Shown here piece by piece: positions 17,406 to 27,224 of a stretch of DNA of 64,000 bases; the stretch's first letter is position 1; each line of letters begins with the position of its first letter. Below the pieces are notes generated by a model, which saw only the letters and a list, made by a program, of their open reading frames with translations, made no database searches and was not told the origin of the DNA. Source of the stretch: Candidatus Bathyarchaeota archaeon (lineage in GTDB: Archaea > Thermoproteota > Bathyarchaeia > Bathyarchaeales > Bathycorpusculaceae); NCBI GenBank assembly GCA_018396875.1, contig JAGTQG010000002.1, positions 3,638 through 67,637 of the forward strand, in the 5' to 3' direction. The translations under genes and the position numbers were made by a program.

Positions 17406-18428
17406 ATGAAGTCCCAAAAAGTTGGTGAGGGCTACTGTTTAGGAATTGAAAGTACAGCCGACGACTTCAGCGTTGGAATCGCCACATTCAAAGGCGAAAT
17501 ATTAGCCAACATAATAGATGCTTACATTCCGCCAGAGGGAGGAATCCACCCAAGAGAGGCAGCGCGGCATCACGCTGAAGTTGCAGACAAAGTTATCGAA
17601 GAAGCCTTCAAAACGGCGGGCATAAAACCGAAAGACCTAACGGTCGTTGCGTTTTCGCAGGGTCCCGGTCTTGGACCGTGTTTGAGAACTGGTGCCACAG
17701 TGGCGCGGACGTTGGCTTCCTATCTTCGTGTTCCACTTGTTGGAGTCAACCACTGTGTAGCCCACATTGAAATTGGAAAACTGAAGACGGGGGCTGTGGA
17801 CCCTGTTACGCTTTATGTTTCTGGTGGAAACACTATTGTGGCGGCTTTTGACGCTGGACGCTATAGGGTTTTTGGCGAGACGTTGGATATAGCGCTTGGA
17901 AACTGTCTAGATGTTTTTGCAAGGGAAGCCGGGCTTAGACAGAAGGCTGGAGAGCCTTTTGGAGCGGTTGTCGAGAAACTTGCGAAAAGTGGAAAGCGGC
18001 TCGTGCCGCTACCTTACACGGTTAAGGGCATGGACATGTCTTTTAGTGGACTTTTAACAGCCGCCATAAAAGCCCTCAGGGAAGGTGGGTACAAGCTGGA
18101 AGACTTGTGTTATAGTCTCCAAGAAACAGCTTTTTCTATGGTTGTCGAGGTTACTGAAAGAGCCCTAGCCCACACAGAGAAAAGGGAAGTCTTGTTGACG
18201 GGAGGGGTTGCCGCAAATAAAAGGCTTCAGGAGATGGTGCGTGCTATAGCTGAGGAGCACAACGCAAAGTTTTGCACGGTGCCAAGTGAATACGCCATTG
18301 ACAATGGAGCCATGATCGCGTGGACGGGTGTTTTAGCGTTTACCCATGGAGCTATAACACCCATTGAAGAAAGCTTTGTGCGACTGAGGTGGCGACTAGA
18401 AGAGGTTGAAGTTCCTTGGATGGGGTAA
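17406..18428 (+). CDS. kae1: tRNA N6-adenosine threonylcarbamoyltransferase Kae1
   Basis: CLGIESTADD, GVNHCVAHIE metal-binding His pair, YVSGGNT, IDNGAMIAW. Confidence 0.9.
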   Translation: MKSQKVGEGYCLGIESTADDFSVGIATFKGEILANIIDAYIPPEGGIHPREAARHHAEVADKVIEEAFKTAGIKPKDLTVVAFSQGPGLGPCLRTGATVARTLASYLRVPLVGVNHCVAHIEIGKLKTGAVDPVTLYVSGGNTIVAAFDAGRYRVFGETLDIALGNCLDVFAREAGLRQKAGEPFGAVVEKLAKSGKRLVPLPYTVKGMDMSFSGLLTAAIKALREGGYKLEDLCYSLQETAFSMVVEVTERALAHTEKREVLLTGGVAANKRLQEMVRAIAEEHNAKFCTVPSEYAIDNGAMIAWTGVLAFTHGAITPIEESFVRLRWRLEEVEVPWMG

Positions 18429-19081
18429 ACCAGCCGCTTCTCATCAAAAAGGGTGCGGAGGCATATTTATTCCTAGCGGAGTGGCATGGCAAAAAAGTGG
18501 TTTTAAAGAGACGCTTGCCTAAAAGGTATAGAGTCCCAACGTTAGACGAGCAGATCAGAACGTATAGGACAATTCATGAAGCTCAGTTGATGCATGAAGC
18601 CAAAAAAGCTGGAGTGCCAACCCCGACGATCTACTTTGTTGACATGAGAGACTCCACAATCATAATGGAGTTTATCGAAGGAAAACAATTAAAGCAGTTG
18701 CTCGGCGAAATTTCCGCCGAAAACAGACAGCACTTGTGCCGCAAAGTAGGCGAGTTGATTGGAAAGCTTCACAAATATGGGATTGTTCACGGCGACTTAA
18801 CAACCTCAAACATGATCCAAGCCCGTGATGGGAAAATTTTCTTTGTGGATTTTGGGTTAGGTGAAAAGACGAGGGAGTTGGAAGCGAAAGGCGTTGACCT
18901 CCATTTAATGAAGAGGGCGCTGCAAAGCACTCATTTCAAGTTTGCGGAGGAATGCTTCAAAAGCGTGATTGAGGGGTACTCAAGAGTTTTGGACGGTGAA
19001 ACAGTGAAAAACGTTTTAGATAAAATTGGAGAAATAGAGAGAAGAGGCCGATATATAGCCGAAAGGAGAAACGAAATGTGA
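18416..19081 (+). CDS. bud32: Kae1-associated kinase Bud32
   Basis: IKKGAEA ... VVLKRR ... IVHGDLTTSNM ... FVDFGL atypical small kinase motifs. The TTG start overlaps the kae1 end by 13 nt. Confidence 0.85.
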   Translation: MDGVNQPLLIKKGAEAYLFLAEWHGKKVVLKRRLPKRYRVPTLDEQIRTYRTIHEAQLMHEAKKAGVPTPTIYFVDMRDSTIIMEFIEGKQLKQLLGEISAENRQHLCRKVGELIGKLHKYGIVHGDLTTSNMIQARDGKIFFVDFGLGEKTRELEAKGVDLHLMKRALQSTHFKFAEECFKSVIEGYSRVLDGETVKNVLDKIGEIERRGRYIAERRNEM

Positions 19082-19488
19082 TAAAGACTGTTTGGTGTAT
19101 AACCTTCTACGTTTCAGACTTGAAGAGGGCGGCTCATTTTTATGGGGAAATTCTTGGCTTAGAAAAGAAATATGAATATTCCAGCTATGTTGGTTTTGAG
19201 TGCGGTGGGATCGAAATAGGTTTAATTCCAAAACTTAAAGGAGGGGAACACGTCGCTCCAACATCGCCCTCTGTAGAGTTCCTCGTGGAGGATGTTGAAA
19301 AATCATACAACGAGTTGAAAAGCAAAGGTGTGAAGTTTGTTAAAGAGTTGCATGAAGAACCTTGGGGTGGAAAACAAGCCACCTTCACAGACCCTGACGG
19401 AAATATTTTAGAAATTGTGCAGATTAACTGGGAAAAATACTTTAGTGTGTCTGCTGAAGGAGCTAGAAAGAAACGTGAACAGTCATGA
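19078..19488 (+). CDS. VOC (glyoxalase/bleomycin-resistance/dioxygenase) family protein
   Basis: FYVSDLKRAAHFYGEILGL ... TFTDPDGNILEI. GTGA start/stop overlap with bud32. Confidence 0.8.
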   Translation: MIKTVWCITFYVSDLKRAAHFYGEILGLEKKYEYSSYVGFECGGIEIGLIPKLKGGEHVAPTSPSVEFLVEDVEKSYNELKSKGVKFVKELHEEPWGGKQATFTDPDGNILEIVQINWEKYFSVSAEGARKKREQS

Positions 19489-20072
19489 GCTTCCAATTGA
19501 AAGGCAAAGTTGTATTCTTTGCCACAAACAACATTAACAAGTTCAACGAAGCCCGCAAGGTTTTAGGCAGCTATAAAATAGCTGTTGGCATGTTAAGAGT
19601 GAAAAACCTTGAAATTCAAAGCGAAAGCCTAGAAGAAATCGCGAAAACAAGCGTTATCCACGCTTTTCAGCAGTGCCGTCTCCCAGTCATAGTTGAGGAT
19701 GCTGGTCTATTTATAGAAGCCTTAAATGGTTTTCCCGGACCATATGCCTCATACGTTTACAAAACCATCGGGAACGAGGGTTTACTAAAACTTATGAAGG
19801 GAGTAACCAACAGAAAAGCCTGCTTTCAGTCTGTCGTCGCTTATTTCTCCGAAGAATTAGACACACCTGTCTGTTTTGATGGAGAAGCCTCTGGTGAAAT
19901 AACGGAGGATGTTCGAAAAGGATGTTCAGGTTTCGGTTTCGACCCCATTTTTAAGCCTTATGGCAGCGAGAAAACTTTTGCTGAAATGAGCATAGACGAA
20001 AAGAACAAGTATTCGCATAGGGCTAAAGCTTTCCGCAAATTTGCCAAATGGTATAAAGGCTTTAAAGGCTGA
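19485..20072 (+). CDS. rdgB: non-canonical purine NTP pyrophosphatase (Ham1/RdgB)
   Basis: FFATNNINKFNEA, EDAGLFIEALNGFPGPYASY, FGFDPIF, SHRAKA. Confidence 0.85.
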   Translation: MSFQLKGKVVFFATNNINKFNEARKVLGSYKIAVGMLRVKNLEIQSESLEEIAKTSVIHAFQQCRLPVIVEDAGLFIEALNGFPGPYASYVYKTIGNEGLLKLMKGVTNRKACFQSVVAYFSEELDTPVCFDGEASGEITEDVRKGCSGFGFDPIFKPYGSEKTFAEMSIDEKNKYSHRAKAFRKFAKWYKGFKG

Positions 20073-20206
20073 TTAAGAAGTGCAACCGCACAGGCGGCAG
20101 GCAAACTGTTAATTTGCCGCGTGTGCACAGTTTAGGCTGAAGGTTTAAATCGAAGGTCTTAAATATCCGTCTATCCTCGCTCTTACAGAGTTTAGACGGG
20201 GTATGC

Positions 20207-20647
20207 ATGCCGAAACAAGATAAGGGAAAGTCTCATTCAACAAGACCCGTTAGCAAGCGTCCTCCGAGCTGGTGTAAGTATCAACCTGAAGAAGTGGAGG
20301 CGCTGGTTATCAAGCTTGCTAGGGAAGGGCATTCGCCCAGCCGTATAGGAACGATTCTCAGAGATCAATATGCCATACCGCTTGTTAAACCCTTAACGGG
20401 GAAAACTATAACGCAGATTCTTAAAGAGGCTGGTCTCGCCCCCTCCATACCGGAAGATCTGGAAAACTTGCTTAAGAAGGCGGCGAAGCTTTCAGCGCAC
20501 CTTGAAAAACATAGGAAAGACTTGCATAATAAAAGGGCTCTACAGCTTGTTGAAGCCAAGATTCACAGACTTGTGGAATATTACAAGCAAGAGGGAGTTT
20601 TACCCCCAGATTGGAAATATGAGCCAAAAGCTGCCTCAATAGCGTAG
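20207..20647 (+). CDS. rps15: 30S ribosomal protein uS15
   Basis: The N-terminal S13/S15 extension is followed by HLEKHRKDLHNKRALQLVEAKIHRLVEYY. Confidence 0.9.
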   Translation: MPKQDKGKSHSTRPVSKRPPSWCKYQPEEVEALVIKLAREGHSPSRIGTILRDQYAIPLVKPLTGKTITQILKEAGLAPSIPEDLENLLKKAAKLSAHLEKHRKDLHNKRALQLVEAKIHRLVEYYKQEGVLPPDWKYEPKAASIA

Positions 20648-20699
20648 GGATTAAATTCTAAAACGCACATTTGAACCATCAAGAAAACCTTAAAGAACC

Positions 20700-22154
20700 G
20701 TGATAGAAATGGAGCTAAGCGAGCGGGCAGCGGACTTTTTCGAAAGCGTTTCAAAGGCAGCCAACGCCATAAGAGAAGCTGTAAAGCAGGATAATTACAT
20801 TTATGTTTTTTCACATTTGGATGCTGATGGAGTAGCGGCTGCGGGGATTATTGGCAAGGCACTGTATCGTTTGGATGCAAGATTCCGAATTAGAATAACC
20901 CAGTGGGTTGATGAGAAAATTGTAAACGAAATACTTGAAGAAAAGCCTCAAATGGTCATTTTCACAGACCTAGGAACCGACTACGCATCTTTGTTAAGGC
21001 AGAAAGCCCCGGAAATCAAAGTTGTGGCTTTAGACCACCACCAAATCAGCGAGCCTCACGATGATTTTCCATGTGTTAACCCTCACGTTTATGGCATTGA
21101 CGGAGCACGGGAAATAAGCAGTTCGGGGATAGCCTACTTCGTCGCCAAAGCCATTGACGAGACGAATGTGGAATTAGCGCCAATAGCTGTTGTAGGCGCC
21201 CTCGGAGACTTGCAGGACAAATATGAACAACGAAGTCTCGGAGGCTTAAACGAGAAAATAGTTGAAGATGCAAAAAGCCAAGGACTTTTAACAGTCGAGA
21301 AAGATTTGATACTTTTCGGAAGGGAAACACGCCCAATTCATAAGGCTTTAGCATCCACAACAAACCCGTTCATCCCAGGTATAAGCGGGGAAGAGGGCAA
21401 AAGTTTTGCATTTCTGGAAAATCTTGGCATCAAAACAAAAGTGAATGATAGATGGCGAGCTTTAAGGGATTTAACCGATGAGGAGAAAAGAAGGCTCTGC
21501 TCGGCTCTTGCGGAATACCTAATCTCAAAGGGACTGCACTATGAAGTATCAAACCTGATAGGTTATGTTTACACATTGGTCAAAGAAGATTCTTGGACAC
21601 CTCTTAGAGACGCGAGAGAGTTTGCCGTTTTGTTAAATGCTACTGGACGGATGAACAAGCCAGGAGTTGGCATTGCAATATGTATGGGCGACAGAGGTGC
21701 AGCCCTTGAAGAAGCCAACAAAATCCTAGAAGAATATAGACGGACCATTAACGAATACCTTGAATGGATTATGGAGAAACCTGGACGCTTAAAGGAGTTG
21801 GAGAACATTTATGTTGTTTACGGTGAAGACCGCATAGACGACAAAATAGTCGGCGCCATATCCTCCATCCTTTCAACTTCACTTCCAAACCCGGAAAAAC
21901 CGCTAATTGCATATGCAGATGTTAAGGAAGAAGGGTTAGTGAAAGTTTCCGCAAGAACTGTGGACGCTGTTGTTGCGAAAGGTGTCAACCTTGGAGAGAT
22001 AATGCAGATAGCCGCCGAAAAATGTTTAGGGAAGGGTGGAGGTCACAACGTGGCAGCTGGAGCGCAGATACCCATTGAAAATGTGGAAGTTTTCATCAAA
22101 CTGGTCAACGAGCTTGTTGGAAAGCGTTTAGCTGGTGAAAAAATTGGAGGCTGA
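20700..22154 (+). CDS. DHH/DHHA1 phosphoesterase, archaeal RecJ/Cdc45-like (GAN-type)
   Basis: SHLDADGVAA (DxD), VVALDHHQ (DHH) and GKGGGHNVAAGA (GGGH). The start is GTG 20700 or ATG 20709. Confidence 0.75.
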   Translation: MIEMELSERAADFFESVSKAANAIREAVKQDNYIYVFSHLDADGVAAAGIIGKALYRLDARFRIRITQWVDEKIVNEILEEKPQMVIFTDLGTDYASLLRQKAPEIKVVALDHHQISEPHDDFPCVNPHVYGIDGAREISSSGIAYFVAKAIDETNVELAPIAVVGALGDLQDKYEQRSLGGLNEKIVEDAKSQGLLTVEKDLILFGRETRPIHKALASTTNPFIPGISGEEGKSFAFLENLGIKTKVNDRWRALRDLTDEEKRRLCSALAEYLISKGLHYEVSNLIGYVYTLVKEDSWTPLRDAREFAVLLNATGRMNKPGVGIAICMGDRGAALEEANKILEEYRRTINEYLEWIMEKPGRLKELENIYVVYGEDRIDDKIVGAISSILSTSLPNPEKPLIAYADVKEEGLVKVSARTVDAVVAKGVNLGEIMQIAAEKCLGKGGGHNVAAGAQIPIENVEVFIKLVNELVGKRLAGEKIGG

Positions 22155-22392
22155 AATCACAATAGTCTATGAGGATGAGAGGAAAGCCCAAGCAGTTGTG
22201 GAGGCTGTTTCTCCAGACAACTTCAAGGTGCCGACTGGGCTGTATGTGAAAACTGAGAGAAGAGACAACGGTGTTTGGACGTACATAAAATGTGATAGGG
22301 GAATTCAAACGTTCATAGCAACGATTGATGATTTGCTTTTTGCCATATCCACGGCGGAGAAAATCTTAAAGACTGCGCGGAAACTTGAATAA
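22135..22392 (+). CDS. pcc1: KEOPS complex subunit Pcc1
   Basis: 85 aa. AEITIVYEDERKAQAVVEAVSPDN ... IATIDDLLFAISTAEKIL fits the Pcc1/CTAG pattern. The GTG start overlaps the recJ-like end by 20 nt. Confidence 0.6.
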   Translation: MKKLEAEITIVYEDERKAQAVVEAVSPDNFKVPTGLYVKTERRDNGVWTYIKCDRGIQTFIATIDDLLFAISTAEKILKTARKLE

Positions 22393-22442
22393 GAACATGT
22401 GCACTTCTGTAATAGGCTGAAAAAGGGCAGGCAGCGAAGAAA

Positions 22443-23732
22443 ATGTTGGACATAAAACTCATCAGAGAAAAACCTGAATTCGTTAGAGAAAACCTTGCAA
22501 GAAGGGGTGACCCGGAATACCTCAAAATGTTAGACGAACTTATTGAATGTGACAAGCTTTGGCGTCAAAATTTAACCAAGCTCAATGAGTTGCGCCGAGA
22601 AAGGAACCGAATAACTGCTGAAATCGCATCTTTGAAGAAGAAGGGCGAAAACGTTGCAGCTGTTGTTTCGAGGGCTAAGGCGGTTGATGAGGAAATCACC
22701 AAGCTGGAGAAGCTTGTAGTTGAGTATGAGGAGAAAGTGCGCAACTATCTTATGATGCTTCCAAATCTCCTCCACGAGTCTGTCCCAGTAGGCAGAGATG
22801 AAAACGACAACGTTGTTGTCAGAATATGGGGAAAGCCGCCTAAATTCAGCTTTCCGCCGAAAGACCACATAGAGTTGGGCTTGAGCCTAGACATAATGGA
22901 TGTTGAAAGGGCGGGAAAAATCGCTGGATCCAGATTTTTCTATTTGAAAAATGAAGGCGTTTTATTGGACATGGCTTTAATGAACTTCGCCTTGGAAGAA
23001 ATGGTTAAGAAAGGTTATACGCCCATAGAGCCTCCCTTTCTTATGAGGCGTAAACCCTACGAGGGCGTTATAGCTCTTAGCGACTTTGAAAGCGACCTAT
23101 ACAAGGTTGAAGGCGAAGATTTGTATTTGATTGCGACTTCGGAGCACCCCATGGCAGCCATGTTTATGGATGAAGTTTTGAACGCCGAAAAACTTCCCAT
23201 AAAATTTGTTGGAATAAGCACAAACTTTAGAAAGGAGGCTGGCGCCCACGGAAAAGACACACGGGGGATTTTCCGCACCCACCAGTTCAACAAGGTTGAA
23301 CAGTTCGTTTTCTGCAAACCGGAAGACTCTTGGAAAATCCACGAGGAACTTTTGAGGAACGCCGAGGAACTAGTGCAGAAGCTTGGCTTGCCATATCGGG
23401 TTGTTAACGTTTGCACCGGCGACATCGGTAAGGTTGCCGCCAAAAAATACGACATAGAAGCATGGATGCCGGCGCAAAATGCTTACCGAGAAATAATCTC
23501 ATGCAGCAACTGCACCGATTATCAAGCGAGAAGGCTTAACATTCGCTACCGAGAAAAGGAAGGAGAACCGCCAAAAGGCTTCGTGCACACCTTAAACTCC
23601 ACAGCACTAGCCACCGGAAGAACAATTGTAGCCATATTGGAGAACTACCAGCAAGAGGATGGCTCAGTGGTTATACCGGAAGTTTTAAGAAAGTATATGA
23701 TGGGCATAGAAAGAATCTCCCCGAAAAAGTAA
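22443..23732 (+). CDS. serS: seryl-tRNA synthetase
   Basis: An N-terminal coiled-coil arm is followed by class II motifs (FRKEAGAHGKDTRGIFRTHQFNKVEQF, GLPYRVVNVCTGDIG, TLNSTALATGRT). Confidence 0.95.
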   Translation: MLDIKLIREKPEFVRENLARRGDPEYLKMLDELIECDKLWRQNLTKLNELRRERNRITAEIASLKKKGENVAAVVSRAKAVDEEITKLEKLVVEYEEKVRNYLMMLPNLLHESVPVGRDENDNVVVRIWGKPPKFSFPPKDHIELGLSLDIMDVERAGKIAGSRFFYLKNEGVLLDMALMNFALEEMVKKGYTPIEPPFLMRRKPYEGVIALSDFESDLYKVEGEDLYLIATSEHPMAAMFMDEVLNAEKLPIKFVGISTNFRKEAGAHGKDTRGIFRTHQFNKVEQFVFCKPEDSWKIHEELLRNAEELVQKLGLPYRVVNVCTGDIGKVAAKKYDIEAWMPAQNAYREIISCSNCTDYQARRLNIRYREKEGEPPKGFVHTLNSTALATGRTIVAILENYQQEDGSVVIPEVLRKYMMGIERISPKK

Positions 23733-23783
23733 AGTTTAATACCCTACAATGAAACTTTTCTTCGCCTAATCGGGAGGGCTCTT

Positions 23784-24404
23784 GTGTCTGCCAAAAAAGT
23801 TCGGGATAAGTGGCGCAGCAAAGCATGGTACACCGTGCTGGCTCCACCATACTTTGGAAACGTGGAGCTTGGCTCAATTCCAGCAGATGAACCGGCAAAA
23901 CTGCTCGGAAGGGTTATCGAGGCAACCCTTTACGACATCACGGGAGACTTTGCCCACCAATACATGAAAATCTACTTCCAAATAGTGAACATTGAAGGAA
24001 AAACAGCCCATACAGTGTTCAAGGGACACGAATATTCAAGGGATTATCTGCGAAGCCTTATACGCAGGAGAACAACAAAAGTTGACGGCATATTCAACGT
24101 AACAACAAAAGACGGATATAGGCTCAGAGTCGCCGTGTGCGCCTTCACCCTCTCAAGAATTAAAACTTCGCAGGAAACAGCCATCCGTAAAATCATGGCA
24201 AAAATCGTTGAAGAAAAAAGTAAAGCCCTAACACTGGACCAGTTCGCCCAAGAAATGGTTCTCGGAAAAATCGCCTCAGACGTTTACAACGAAGCCAAAA
24301 AAATTGTTCCACTAAGACACGTTGGTGTTAGAAAATCAAAGCTTCTGACGCCGGTGGTTCAACTGCAAACGCAAACGCCACTGCCAGAGGCTGAACAAAG
24401 TTAG
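23784..24404 (+). CDS. rps3ae: 30S ribosomal protein eS1 (S3Ae)
   Basis: KWRSKAWYTVLAPPYFG ... RVIEATLYDITGDF. GTG start. Confidence 0.9.
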   Translation: MSAKKVRDKWRSKAWYTVLAPPYFGNVELGSIPADEPAKLLGRVIEATLYDITGDFAHQYMKIYFQIVNIEGKTAHTVFKGHEYSRDYLRSLIRRRTTKVDGIFNVTTKDGYRLRVAVCAFTLSRIKTSQETAIRKIMAKIVEEKSKALTLDQFAQEMVLGKIASDVYNEAKKIVPLRHVGVRKSKLLTPVVQLQTQTPLPEAEQS

Positions 24405-24946
24405 CCTTCAACAAGCTTCCTGCCATATTCATAGCCAATTTCAAAAGCTTTTAGGTTTAACTCCTCAGTGCCCTTCGGAACATTCGCTTTAATCGATTCT
24501 TTTAAGGCTTCCTTATCCACAATCCCAGTTATTGCAGCAAAAGCTCCAAGCATGACCACGTTTGCGACAATTCTTCTTCCAAGCTCCTCAGCCATCCTTG
24601 TAGCTGGAACCCTGAAAATCCTCACGCCTTCAATTTCCCTTTCGTTAGGAATCATGTCTGGATCTAGGATTATCATTCCGCCCTTTTTGACGGTTTCCGC
24701 GTACTCGTTGTAAGCGTGCTGTGACATTAAAACCAGAATGTCAGGCTCCGTAACCTTCGGAAAATCTATTTCCACTTCTGAAATTATAACTTCTGACCTA
24801 CAAGCGCCTCCTCTAGACTCCGGTCCATAAGACTGAGTTTGCACGGCGTGCTTTCCGCCGTAGATGCACGCCGCCATGGCTGTTATGATCCCAGACTTTA
24901 TTATTCCCTGCCCGCCGAAACCAGCAAAGCGTATCTCTATCCGCAT
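24401..24946 (-). CDS. 2-oxoacid:ferredoxin oxidoreductase, gamma subunit
   Basis: IRFAGFGGQGIIKSG N-terminus; 181 aa; last gene of the operon. Confidence 0.85.
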   Translation of the reverse strand: MRIEIRFAGFGGQGIIKSGIITAMAACIYGGKHAVQTQSYGPESRGGACRSEVIISEVEIDFPKVTEPDILVLMSQHAYNEYAETVKKGGMIILDPDMIPNEREIEGVRIFRVPATRMAEELGRRIVANVVMLGAFAAITGIVDKEALKESIKANVPKGTEELNLKAFEIGYEYGRKLVEG

Positions 24947-24956
24947 GTTCCCACCT

Positions 24957-25793
24957 TCACTCTGATTCTTCCTTCATTAATTTAGCCATCTTTTCATAGA
25001 GCAGCTGTTCGTAGGTTGGCTTTTCAATGTCTACAAATTCTCCAACAACTATTTTCTCCGGTGTTATTTCCGCCTTTGCAGGGTCTGAGAAGTTCGCTAT
25101 CACTGAGGCTTCTCTAAACCATTCCATCATTTCAAGTCCTGTCCGCATTTTATTGTGGCGTCCGTAGATTTCTGGGCATGGTGATACAACTTCTATGAAG
25201 GAGAAACCCTTCCTTTGAAGCAACTTCTTTATGGATGCTGTTAACATGCGCACGTGAAGTGTTGTCCACCTAGCCACGTATGTCGCTCCAGAAGCCGCTG
25301 CCAAATGAACTAGGTTGAAGGGATGCTCTATATTGCCATAAGGAGTTGTGGTTGTCAAAGCTTCCAGCGGAGTTGTTGGACCGACTTGTCCACCAGTCAT
25401 CCCATAGTTGAAGTTGTTGGCGCAAATCACTTTTATGCCAATGTTTCTTCTAGCCGCATGAATAAAGTGGTTTCCGCCTATGGCGAATAAGTCGCCGTCG
25501 CCGCTTATAACAACCACTTCCAGTTCTGGTTTTGCAAGCTTAACTCCTGTGGCAAAGGCTATTGGACGCCCATGGGTTGTGTGGAACGAATCCGCGTTTA
25601 TGTACCCGGCTGCTCGTCCAATGCAACCTATCCCGGAAACAACCACAAGTTTGTTCAAGTCTATTTGTAGCTCATCCAAGGCGTGTACAAAAGCGTTTAA
25701 GATTATGCCGTTTCCACAACCAGAGCACCAAATGTGAGGTATCATGGCAGCTCTTAAATACTTTAAAAGCGGATGCTCAACAGCCTCCATCAT
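24957..25793 (-). CDS. 2-oxoacid:ferredoxin oxidoreductase, beta (TPP-binding) subunit
   Basis: WCSGCGNG and VISGDGDLFAIGGNHF (GDGD TPP/Mg motif). The 278-aa length is closer to KorB-type than PorB/VorB-type, but specificity is undetermined. Confidence 0.9.
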   Translation of the reverse strand: MMEAVEHPLLKYLRAAMIPHIWCSGCGNGIILNAFVHALDELQIDLNKLVVVSGIGCIGRAAGYINADSFHTTHGRPIAFATGVKLAKPELEVVVISGDGDLFAIGGNHFIHAARRNIGIKVICANNFNYGMTGGQVGPTTPLEALTTTTPYGNIEHPFNLVHLAAASGATYVARWTTLHVRMLTASIKKLLQRKGFSFIEVVSPCPEIYGRHNKMRTGLEMMEWFREASVIANFSDPAKAEITPEKIVVGEFVDIEKPTYEQLLYEKMAKLMKEESE

Positions 25794-26944
25794 TAACTAT
25801 GCCTCCTTATAGCTTCAAGAATTTCCAATGGTGTGTGAGGTTCCTCTCCAAGCTTCGGAAGATGATAGGCAGGTGTCGTTTTCGCGGCCCTTTCAACTTC
25901 TCGCACCATCTGGCCGCAGTTCATTTCCGGCACGATTATGGCTTTTGTTTTTTCAGCAGCCCTAGCCACGTGTTTCTCTGGAAAAGGCCAAAGGGTAATC
26001 AAGCGGACAAGTCCTGCTTTTATGCCTTGTTCTCTGGCTTTTTTCACAGCACTCAGCGCCGCCCTTGCCACGATTCCGTATGCCACAACAACAACTTCTG
26101 CATCGTCTATCATCACTTCCTCAACACGGACTATCTTGTCAGCGTTCTTTCTTATTTTGTCACAAAGCCTTTTAACGAGCCTCATTTGCACGTCTGAATC
26201 CTGCGTTCTCGGATAGCCGTGTTCATCGTGAGTTAAGCCAGTGGCATGAAAACGGTAACCCTCGCCGAAACACGCCATAGGCGGAACCAAGTCGTCGTCG
26301 GGCATGAAAGGCGCATAATTACCCGGTGGAGCGTTAGGCTTCTTGCGATTAACAATTTTAATTTCCTCAGCGGGAGGTATTACCACCTTCTCCCACATGT
26401 GAGCTACAACCTCATCAGCCATCAACAACGTTGGAACACGATACATTTCGGCCAAGTTAAAGGCTTCAACGGTTAAATCAAACATCTCCTGAACGGAGGA
26501 GGGCGACAAAGCTATGATTTCGTAATCTCCATGAGAGCCCCACTTGGCCTGCATGACGTCTTGTTGCCCGGGAAGGGTTGGTTGTCCAGTGCTGGGTCCC
26601 CCACGCATAACATCTACAATCACGCATGGAGCCTCTGTCATAACCGCCAAACCGATGTTTTCCTGCATTAGGCTGAAGCCCGGCCCAGAGGTTGCAGTCA
26701 TAGCTTTTAAACCGGCGTAAGAAGCCCCTATAACCGCCGCTATGGAGGCGATTTCATCCTCCATTTGAATGTATATTCCGCCAACCTTCGGCATTCTAGC
26801 GGCTATGTGCTCAGCTATTTCGGTTGCCGGCGTTATTGGATACCCGGCAAAGAACCTGCATCCAGCAGCTATGGCGCCCTCGGCGCATGCGATGTCGCCG
26901 CTCATGAAGTGCACGCCTGTTAAGACAGCCTTTTTCTCCGCCAT
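25793..26944 (-). CDS. 2-oxoacid:ferredoxin oxidoreductase, alpha subunit
   Basis: GDIACAEGAIAAGCRFFAGYPITPATEI and TATSGPGFSLM; 383 aa. Confidence 0.9.
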   Translation of the reverse strand: MAEKKAVLTGVHFMSGDIACAEGAIAAGCRFFAGYPITPATEIAEHIAARMPKVGGIYIQMEDEIASIAAVIGASYAGLKAMTATSGPGFSLMQENIGLAVMTEAPCVIVDVMRGGPSTGQPTLPGQQDVMQAKWGSHGDYEIIALSPSSVQEMFDLTVEAFNLAEMYRVPTLLMADEVVAHMWEKVVIPPAEEIKIVNRKKPNAPPGNYAPFMPDDDLVPPMACFGEGYRFHATGLTHDEHGYPRTQDSDVQMRLVKRLCDKIRKNADKIVRVEEVMIDDAEVVVVAYGIVARAALSAVKKAREQGIKAGLVRLITLWPFPEKHVARAAEKTKAIIVPEMNCGQMVREVERAAKTTPAYHLPKLGEEPHTPLEILEAIRRHS

Positions 26945-27223
26945 TTAACATCCATCCTTACACTGTTTCTCCTTAACGAATATTGCAAAGTCTGGACAAA
27001 CGGCTGTACAAAAGCTACATAACACACAGTTCTTTTCATCAACAACTCTTGGAGGGTGAACTCCTCTGGCGTTAATTTCATCGGATTCCTCTAAAACTTT
27101 TTTGGGACAGTAATGAATGCAGAAACCGCAACCCTTACATTGGTCCTTTAATATGTAAATTTCAGCCTTCGGTCTTGATATTTTTTCAACGTCCAATGGG
27201 GTTCTCCAAAGCCTCTCAGGCAT
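26945..27223 (-). CDS. 2-oxoacid:ferredoxin oxidoreductase, delta subunit (2x[4Fe-4S] ferredoxin)
   Basis: CKGCGFCIHYCP and CVLCSFCTAVCP. ATG 27223 is preceded by GGAGGTG and lies 1 nt after the hdrA stop; it is preferred over 27262. Confidence 0.8.
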   Translation of the reverse strand: MPERLWRTPLDVEKISRPKAEIYILKDQCKGCGFCIHYCPKKVLEESDEINARGVHPPRVVDEKNCVLCSFCTAVCPDFAIFVKEKQCKDGC

Positions 27224-27224
27224 T

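Noticed and set aside
20080-20128. Imperfect 13-bp hairpin (GGCAAA-CTGTTAA-TTTGCC core plus GCACA/TGTGC outer stem) just after the rdgB stop. I considered it as a terminator or small RNA.
   Set aside because: It has no adjoining oligo-T tract, no C/D or H/ACA boxes and no tRNA-like features. The stem has several bulges, so I cannot assign a function from sequence alone.
25562-26197. 211-aa plus-strand ORF, along with similar long antisense ORFs at 7843-8310, 27523-28050, 31520-31981, 36343-36711, 63068-63568 and others.
   Set aside because: Each lies entirely antisense to a CDS with strong, recognisable family motifs (OFOR, glycerate kinase, HdrA, amine dehydrogenase, CbiM, MeaB). Their translations are low-complexity or Ser/Pro/Arg-rich with no recognisable domains. 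They are shadow ORFs.
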